A stretch of 64,000 nt of DNA from Eledone cirrhosa (taxonomy: Eukaryota), in contig OZ024753.1 in the NCBI GenBank assembly GCA_964016885.1, positions 9,796,001 to 9,860,000 of the forward strand, in the 5' to 3' direction. Shown piece by piece: positions 56,396-64,000 of the stretch. The translations under genes were made by a program, and so were the position numbers. A model generated the notes under the pieces. That model saw nothing but the letters and a program-made list of their open reading frames with translations. It had not been told where the DNA came from and made no database searches. Numbering within the stretch: position 1 is the first letter of the stretch; each line of letters begins with the position of its first letter.

Positions 56396-56784
56396 TATAC
56401 ATATCTATCCAAGTGCCATCTCTTCTTTTGATAAAGGGATTTTATCCCAAAGATTATTAAACACCACTGAAGTTACATTCCAACAATTTTATCATTATTT
56501 TTAACATTTAATGTCCCATTTTCTATGCTGAAGTCCTCTAGTAATCACATGGTTTTCTATAAAGAAAGAAGTTTGAAGGTTGTGCTTTAAACAGCCTTAA
56601 ACTGTGAAAGGAAATCTAAGACATAATTCAAATTTTTACCATAATAAAACAATATTGTGGACATGTATAACTGTATGCATCAAAACAGAAATAAGAACTT
56701 TTATATAACAACACAGAATCAGGTTTCACTTGTTAAATAGAATTTTATTAAATGAATATAAGATGATTTTTTGGCAAGGATTAA

Positions 56785-57005
56785 CCCTTTAGCATTCACA
56801 TTACTCTATATTCACTATTATATTTTCACGGTAAAGGCTTTATCTCTCATAATTATCTCACATAATATCGAATCTATGAGATTTTGATATTATTTATTTT
56901 GAGAACAATACCTTAATGTCACAATGAAGGGCTGGTTATGACCAGTTTGAACAGAAAGAGGTGAGAGAATTCTGGCCAGATATGGCTGGTTTAAATGCTA
57001 AAGGG
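56785..57005. mobile_element. piggyBac-type MITE
   Basis: TTAA|CCCTTTAGCATT ... AATGCTAAAGGG|TTAA. Confidence 0.85.
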
Positions 57006-57273
57006 TTAAACAATAATTAACAGACATTGCTTTTACATTTGAAATTTAAATGTTTTCTTTGATAAAGAAAATATGGAAATTAAAAACTTTCAATAATTAA
57101 TACCGAGGCTGAACGAGTTGGTAATTAAGTATGCAGCAATGATAAAGAGGAATTTAAGGTGAGGTATTCGGCAAGGGAAACTGTTAAATACTGGCTAAGG
57201 AAAGAATAAAAACATAGAACTCATTCATGTTACAATTTAATGTTTCCTTTCTTTTTAGTGTCCCCATCAATAT

Positions 57274-57595
57274 TGATGATAGGGACCTTATGATGTCGTC
57301 TTTAGTGTCTTTCAGGGCACAGGATGATAAGGACCTTATTATGTTGTCGTCTTAGGGTCTTTCTGGTGACTAAATGTCATCTTCAGTACCTTTCAGGGCA
57401 CTGAATGATAAGGACCTTATTATGATGTCATCTTCAGGGTCTTTCTGGTCACAGGATGATGGGGACCTTATCTTCAGTACCTTTCAGGTCACTAGATGTC
57501 ATCTTCAGTGTCTTTCAGGTCACTAGATAATGGGGACCTTAGATGTCATCTTCAGGGTCTGTCTGGTGACTAGATGATAGGGACCTTATTATTAT
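57274..57595. repeat. Degenerate tandem repeat (GATGTCATCTTCAGGGTCTTTC / GATGATAAGGACCTTA modules)
   Basis: Read directly. Confidence 0.75.
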
Positions 57596-57844
57596 GTATT
57601 TAGTACCTTTCTGTTTTCTGGGCAAGTAAAGTTCCTGAAAGAGCACAGCCATTCTTTGTCTGCTTTCTTCATATATATACACTCACACACAGCCATATAC
57701 ATACATACATACCAAGACACACATATGTACACTATTGTATATACACATAAGCTATTGTATATATACACAGCCATACAGAGACACATAAACTATTGTATAT
57801 ATACACACACCCATACAGATAAATACAGACCAAGACACATATAT

Positions 57845-57985
57845 AATTGTTTCTACTTTTGGCACAAGGCCAGCAATTACCCAGTGCATTACTGGTACTT
57901 TATTTTATCGACCCCGTAAGGATGAAAGGCAAAGTCAACCTCGGCGGGATTTGAACTCAGATCGTAAAGGGACGTAACTATGCTG
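57845..57985 (-). mobile_element. SINE family A, truncated
   Basis: Family consensus; flanked by AAGACACATATATAAT-like repeats. Confidence 0.85.
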
Positions 57986-58289
57986 AAAGACACATATATA
58001 ATATTGTGTATATATATACACACATGTACACTATTGTATATACACATAAGCTATTGTGTATATATATATATACACAGCCATACAGATACATATATACTAT
58101 TGTATATATACGCACAAGTTATTGTATACATACATACCAAGACACACATATATATATTATTGTATATATACACACTAGCTATTGTATATACACACACAGC
58201 CATACACATATATATATATTATTGTATATACACATATAAACTACTGTATACACATACAGCCATATATACATGCATATATACATATGCAC

Positions 58290-58585
58290 AGTAGTGGAAA
58301 TTAGCTGCCCAGCAGATGCCAATATAATATCAAAGATTAGCAAAAAGGAGAATATTTATGCAGAACTAATGAGAAATCTGCAGATACTCCACCTTGATTA
58401 TACCTTCAGATTTATACCTGTGATTATTGGGGGCACTGGGGTATGTTAGTAACTGCCTCAATACAAATCTTGAGAAGTTAGGCTTCACAGGAACAGAAAG
58501 AACACAACTAGTTAGGAAATTACAAGTACAATCCATTAATGGAACAGTAAAAATATGTAAAACATTCCAAATATTTTGCATCTAA
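58290..58585 (+). pseudogene. R4/Dong/NeSL-like restriction-like endonuclease C-terminal fragment
   Basis: VEISCPADANIISKISKKENIYAELMRNLQIL..FIPVIIG(A)LGYV..LEKLGF..LQVQSINGTVKICKTF, with a frameshift in the G run. Confidence 0.65.
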
Positions 58586-59043
58586 TAACTGCATATACAC
58601 ATGTACAGATACAAAGCATATACACATGCACTCATACAACTCAAAACATCCACATCCACACATACAATATCTACACATGCATGCGTACATACATATTCTA
58701 CCTAGTTGATGTGTAAATTCCAATGAGAGAGTCTTGTGTCTATGTTAGAAACCGACTCTCTCTCTATTGGGAAAAAATTTGTGAAATTATAAAACCAGAA
58801 GAACATACATATATACCATATATAAATATACTATTGTTTATACACATATACTATTGTATATATATATATATATATACACACAAAAACTTTTGTATATACA
58901 CATATGTATACAATTGTATATACACACAAATATACTATTGTATATACACACAAGCTATTGTAAAGACACACATAGCCATACAGATATATACACACCATGG
59001 CACACATACATACTATTGTATATACATATATACTACTATATAT

Positions 59044-59100
<57 letters not shown>

Positions 59101-59177
59101 TTGAAATAGATATGAAATTATTGCACTGGTTTAGTTATTATTGCTTATATTTACAAATAAACTGAAAAAGGAATATC

Positions 59178-59518
59178 AATATGTTCTGGGAATTTATCCC
59201 CTTCTATTGTCCTGGGAGTTTATCCCCTTCTATTGTTAATATGTTCTGGGAGTTTAACCCCTTCTATTGTCCTGGGAGTTTATCCCCTTCTATTGTTAAT
59301 ATATTCTGGGAGTTTAGCCCCTTCTATTGTTAATATGCCCTGGGAGTTTAGCCCCTTCTATTGTTAATATGCCCTGGGAGTTTAGCCCCTTCCATTGTTA
59401 ATATGTCCTGGGAGTTTAGCCCCTTATATTGTACATATATCCTGGTAGTTTAGCCCCTTCTATTGTCTTGGTAGTTCATCCCCTTCTATTATTAATATGT
59501 CCTGGGAGTTTAACCCCT
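59178..59518. repeat. ~27-34-bp minisatellite (CTGGGAGTTTAGCCCCTTCTATTGTTAATATG)
   Basis: About 11 degenerate units. Confidence 0.85.
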
Positions 59519-59680
59519 GCTGTGTAACTAAGAGTGTGTGTGAATGAGTATGTAAAAATGTGTGTATGGGTGAGTGTGCAAATCAAAATATGTGTGTATG
59601 TGTGAGAGTGTATGTGGTTAAGATATATATATATATTCATACTCAAAATACACATACATGCTCACATACGTGTATATGTC

Positions 59681-59746
<66 letters not shown>

Positions 59747-59754
59747 AGTATGTA

Positions 59755-60200
59755 TACGTACATACATATATGTATACAGACGTACAGTAGTATGTATATA
59801 CATACATACATGCACACATAAATATATATATACGTATGGGTTTACAGAACATTTATTATAATGTCCGGTTTGTTCGTAAACAAACAGCCCGAATTAAGCC
59901 ATACAGTGTTCGGCAACCATCGTTGCCCTTTTGTTCAACACTGACAAAGGAACGATGAACTAGTTTCGAGCTTATTAGCTGTCATCAGCACCGTATACCT
60001 TCCTATCAATCGATTGAATGTTTGAAAGTATATACTTTCCTTATGCATATTAACGGTTGAGCAGCTTAATTCGGACTGTGTTTACAAACAAACCGAACAT
60101 TATAATAAATGTTCGGTAAACCCATACGTACATCTATATATGTGTGCATGTATCTATCTATATACATACTACTGTACGTCTGTATACATATATGTATGTA
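59755..60200. mobile_element. Inverted-repeat element (59755-59898 / 60063-60200) enclosing an HHR
   Basis: TACGTATGGGTTTAC.GAACATTTATTATAATGT.CGGTTTGTT versus its reverse complement at 60080-60130. Confidence 0.75.
59952..59994 (-). ncRNA. Minimal type I hammerhead ribozyme
   Basis: Minus strand ACGGTG-CTGATGA-CAGC-TAATAA-GCTC-GAAA-CTAG-TT-CATCGT. Palindromic ACTAGT stem III; C.C at 10.1-11.1 (likely G>C decay). Confidence 0.75.
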
Positions 60201-60290
60201 CATATAACATACTTATATTTAAGTATCAGCAGTACTAAGAGTGAGAAATGAAATTACATTTTTTCCATTTATATATATATATATATCTAT

Positions 60291-60815
60291 CTAAGGCGGG
60301 TAAAATTCCTGAGATCCATGGACTAGTTCTCTCCAGCGGTCTCTGTCCCTCATTATCGCTGCCATGTCCTGCGTCTCCAACAGACCAGTGTCTGTCCTTA
60401 GGGCATCAACATACGTTAACCTTGGTCTTCCTCTTCTAGTGTGTCCATGTAGGGGCTCCCAAAGGAGCACTGAGTGCAATGTCAACTCTGGATGTCGGTG
60501 AGCATGTCCAGCTAACCTCAGTCTCCTCTATGTCACTTTTGAGCTAACTTTTGGGATGCTCCCATACAGCTCTGAGTTTTTCATCCTCAGTGTATACTGA
60601 TTAATGTTCAGAGCCATCTTCAACATTCTCGTGTAGCACCCATCCACCATCTGAGTGAGTTTCTTGGTCAGTGTCCAAGTCTCAGACCCATACAGCAGCA
60701 CAGACTCCACTACAGCAATGTAGAGGCGGACTTTCAGGTCTTTACGAAGGTCCGACTTCCACACCGATCTCAAGCTGTGGCACGCCGCCCAGGCCTTGCT
60801 CTTCCTCTCAACCAC
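60291..60815 (-). pseudogene. RTE-clade LINE 3' fragment
   Basis: ESVLLYGSETWTL..DGCYTRML..RRLRLAGH..LLWEP..RRGRPRLTYVD with an internal stop. Confidence 0.85.
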
Positions 60816-60840
60816 ATCATCTTCCGTATTCCCGTATATA

Positions 60841-60995
60841 TTAAAGTGTTAAACAATATTCAATGAGTACATCAAAGAATGAGTTTTACAGTAGATTGGA
60901 AGCACTCTTGTAGATTGGAAGCACTGTTGTACATCCGAAATATGTATAATAAAATGTAATTGATCAAAAGGACATCTATTTTATTAATATTTATA

Positions 60996-61001
<6 letters not shown>
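60841..61001. mobile_element. Rearranged copy of the 6712-6888 terminus (inverted piece + HHR 3' half)
   Basis: 60841-60907 is the reverse complement of 6822-6888; 60923-61001 corresponds to 6712-6790. Confidence 0.8.
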
Positions 61002-61030
<29 letters not shown>

Positions 61031-61032
<2 letters not shown>

Positions 61033-61224
61033 CAAAGGAAATGTGGTAAGGAACCAGGTGGACCATAACGCACCAGAGTATTCAATACTTAGAGTAGTAC
61101 AGTGGGAAATAGGAAAAAGTATGACCCCGACAGCAGAGCTCAAGCCGTTTCGACGGCTATTTCAGTCCAGAAATAGCCGTCGAAACGGCTTGACCTCTGC
61201 CGTCGGGGTCATACTTTTTCCTAT
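61031..61224 (-). mobile_element. Family P fold-back element between (TA)n tracts
   Basis: Reverse complement of 52315-52504; palindrome 61109-61224. Confidence 0.85.
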
Positions 61225-61427
61225 ATATATATATATATATATAATCATCACCGTTTAACATCCATTTTCCTTGCTAGCATCATCATCACTGTTTAATGTC
61301 TCTCTCCCTCTCTCTCTATCTATATATACATATACATATATATATATATAGATATATAGATACAACCGGTCCTTGCATTGATAAATATGCTGGGTCCGTC
61401 AACTCCTTATTATCTTATTATATATAT

Positions 61428-61767
61428 ATCATCATCATCATCATCATTTTACGTCCACTTTTCCCTGCTTGCAAGGGTGGGACGGGAACTGATTCTGGCT
61501 TGATTTCTACAGCTGGATACCCTTCCTAACACCACCTCATTTACAGTGAGTGCTGGGTGCTTTTTGCCGTGGCACCTCCACGACCACTTTGCAGTGGAAT
61601 GATAGGGACCCCAGTCCCTATCATCTCATTTCTACAGCTGAGTAAACTGGAGCAATGTGAAATAAAGTGTCTTGCTCAAGGAAACAACACATCACCTGGT
61701 CTGAGAATTTAACTCACAACCTTTTGATTGCAAGCCCAATGCTCTAACAACTAAGCCATGTGCCTCC

Positions 61768-61798
<31 letters not shown>

Positions 61799-61888
61799 GA
61801 TAGACACACTTATTCACATTTATTCACTCACTCACTCACTCACTCACACATAATCACACACCTATTCACTCACACACACACCTATTCA

Positions 61889-61936
<48 letters not shown>

Positions 61937-62933
61937 AACACACACACACACACATTGGAAGGTGTCTGAATTGTTATGAAATAAATAAAACAAGATTTTG
62001 TTCAAATTAAAAAAAAAGCTTCTATAACATTGGCACGGGGCCAGCCATATTGGAGAGGCAGGGGTTAAAGACAAGTTAATTTTACCAACCTCAGTATTTG
62101 ACTGGTACCTATTTTATCGATCTCAGAAGGATGAAAGGCAAAATTGACTTCGGCAAAATTTGAACTCAGAAAGTAAGGAGCTGAAACAAATACTGCCCTT
62201 TCACCCTCCTCCTTTAACTAATAACAATTTCTGATTTAGGCAAAAGGTCAACAATTTTGGGGGTAGAGGAAAGTCGTAACTCTATGCCACAAATCATGTT
62301 GTCTGATGCTCTACCAATACTTTCAATCCACCAACCGCTTCTTTTTCATCTTCTTCTTCGTCTTCGAATTAATAATGATTTCTAGTATAGGCACAAGGCC
62401 AGTAATTTGGGGGGAGGGGAAAGTCGATTAAATCGACCCCAGTACGTTACTGGTGCTTTATTTTATTGACCCCCGTAAGGATTCAAGGCAAAGTTAACCT
62501 CTTCAGGATTTAAACTCAGAACGTAAAGGAGCATAACTCTATGCCACAAAGCATGTTGTCCGACGTTCTACCGATACTGCCAATCCAACACCATCTTCTT
62601 CTTCTTGTTCTTCTTGTTCTTCTTGTTCTTCTTGTTCTTCTTCAAATTAATAATAATAACAATAGTAGGAAGATTCTGAGCAACAGTTGTTAGAGGAAAT
62701 CTTGCAAGGATTCCAAGTAAGTATTTACTGAAGGTAGAATCTGCCAAAAGTTGGTCAAGATTGAAACTGCAGTTTTACTTGTCATACACTTGAGCTTCAT
62801 CAGCAGGTGGTGTTGTGGAGGTAAGAATATAGCACAGTGGACTGTCTCTGACAATGACAAAATCAAAGAAAAATAATTATATACAGATGTACACATAAAT
62901 ACACATAAATACACACAAACACACACACACACA

Positions 62934-62976
<43 letters not shown>

Positions 62977-63324
62977 TCATCATCATCATCATCATCACCG
63001 TTTTACGTCCGTTCTTCCACGCTAGCATGGGTTAGACGGGTTGTCCTGTTGTGGGCAGTGTCTGGTCGGCTGACCATGCCTTGCTCATACAGGAACTGAT
63101 CTGGCTTGATTTCTACAGCTGGATGCCCTTCCTAACACCAACCTCATTTACAGTGAGTGCTGGGTGCTTTTTCGTGGCGCCTACACGTCCACTTTACAGT
63201 GTGGGCTGGGTGCTTTTTTGCCGTGGCACCTCCACGGCCACCTTGCGGTGGGGGGGGGGGGGGGGCATATTGTTTATATGCTTCAGCATGTACCCATGGG
63301 AGGTCGGGTACCCTGTATTACTGC

Positions 63325-63325
<1 letters not shown>
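61428..63325 (-). mobile_element. SINE-rich stretch: (ATG)n-tailed SINE-like family (61428-61600, 62975-63325), family B head (61620-61760), family A copies (62090-62590)
   Basis: GATTTCTACAGCTGGAT.CCCTTCCTAACACCA shared by both copies; family A and B motifs. Confidence 0.7.
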
Positions 63326-63363
<38 letters not shown>

Positions 63364-63536
63364 AATAAATTATCGAGAATCGGAACTTCAGCCCACGAAA
63401 TAACGAAACACAATCTTCGAAATGTGCGGCAAAGTGCTCAATGGTTCGGATAAACCAGAGCTATAACTAACGTTTAATACCAACACACTGAGACGATGCT
63501 TAAACAATCATTCGCACAGCCAAAAATACGACCAAG

Positions 63537-63609
<73 letters not shown>

Positions 63610-63655
63610 AAATAAAATAAATAAGTCAAATGTTTAAAATTTGGCTTCGTTTATT

Positions 63656-63710
63656 ACTGCTATATATATTTCGGTGATAGCCATCTTTGGCTGTGACCTC
63701 TTCGGGCAGT
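63656..63710 (-). ncRNA. Hammerhead ribozyme-like motif with U4>C
   Basis: Minus strand ACTGC-CCGAAGA-GGTCACAGCCA-AAGA-TGGCTATCACC-GAAA-TATATA-TA-GCAGT. Perfect stem I, 9/11 stem II. Confidence 0.65.
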
Positions 63711-63773
63711 CCGAATTAGTGTGGTAGAGACGAGTACACATGTTGTTGAGGTGTATAACTTTGTCAATACTCT

Positions 63774-63831
<58 letters not shown>

Positions 63832-64000
63832 CAAGTAGATAGATATAAGCATCACACAGACACAACTGAAGATGAAGACACATGCTATCTTACCATTGTT
63901 ACTGTAGACAACATAAGGATGGAGTATTGATTCTTTGAGCTTCTTCAGACCTGTCTGGTTTATTGGAAGAATCTTGATGGACTGAAGAGCAGTTGGACTG

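Noticed and set aside
57274-57595. Tandem hammerhead array (minus strand has repeated CTGAAGA ... GAAAG)
   Set aside because: Stems I, II and III cannot be paired consistently.
58700-58800. Hairpin CCAATGAGAGAGTC/GACTCTCTCTCTATTGG as a ribozyme
   Set aside because: Core nucleotides are absent; more likely the 3' UTR stem-loop of the upstream RLE-type LINE.
62755-62810. HHR-like CTGATGA...AAAACTGCAGTT on the minus strand
   Set aside because: G12 is missing and stems I and II do not pair; at best heavily decayed.

Overview
Repeat-saturated, AT-rich eukaryotic DNA with no confidently identifiable host gene. The SINE, LINE and microsatellite spectrum suggests an octopus-like mollusc genome (inference). 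It contains decayed non-LTR retrotransposons (L1/Tx1 with a nested CR1 end, plus RTE, CRE-like, R4/Dong-like and Ingi/Vingi-like 3' fragments) and a near-intact, 5'-truncated Penelope-like element (RT + GIY-YIG, Naiad-type) inside an inverted repeat of at least 1.3 kb. Also present are about 20 copies of a tRNA-type SINE, several MITEs (hAT, piggyBac, mariner, long-TIR), a 111-bp LINE-derived tandem array (~38 units), a 38-bp G-rich minisatellite (~170 units), very long (TA/CA/GATA) microsatellites and a 200-N gap. The most striking unannotated signal is a dense set of type I hammerhead ribozyme (HHR) motifs: about 9 near-complete cores and about 7 half or degenerate ones, from several unrelated short repeat families, nearly all close to (TA)n tracts. 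Several short insertions are palindromes centred on, or truncated within, HHR stem II. This suggests that cDNA fold-back on the ribozyme hairpin forms their 5' ends. All RNA folds were done by eye and none is experimentally validated.
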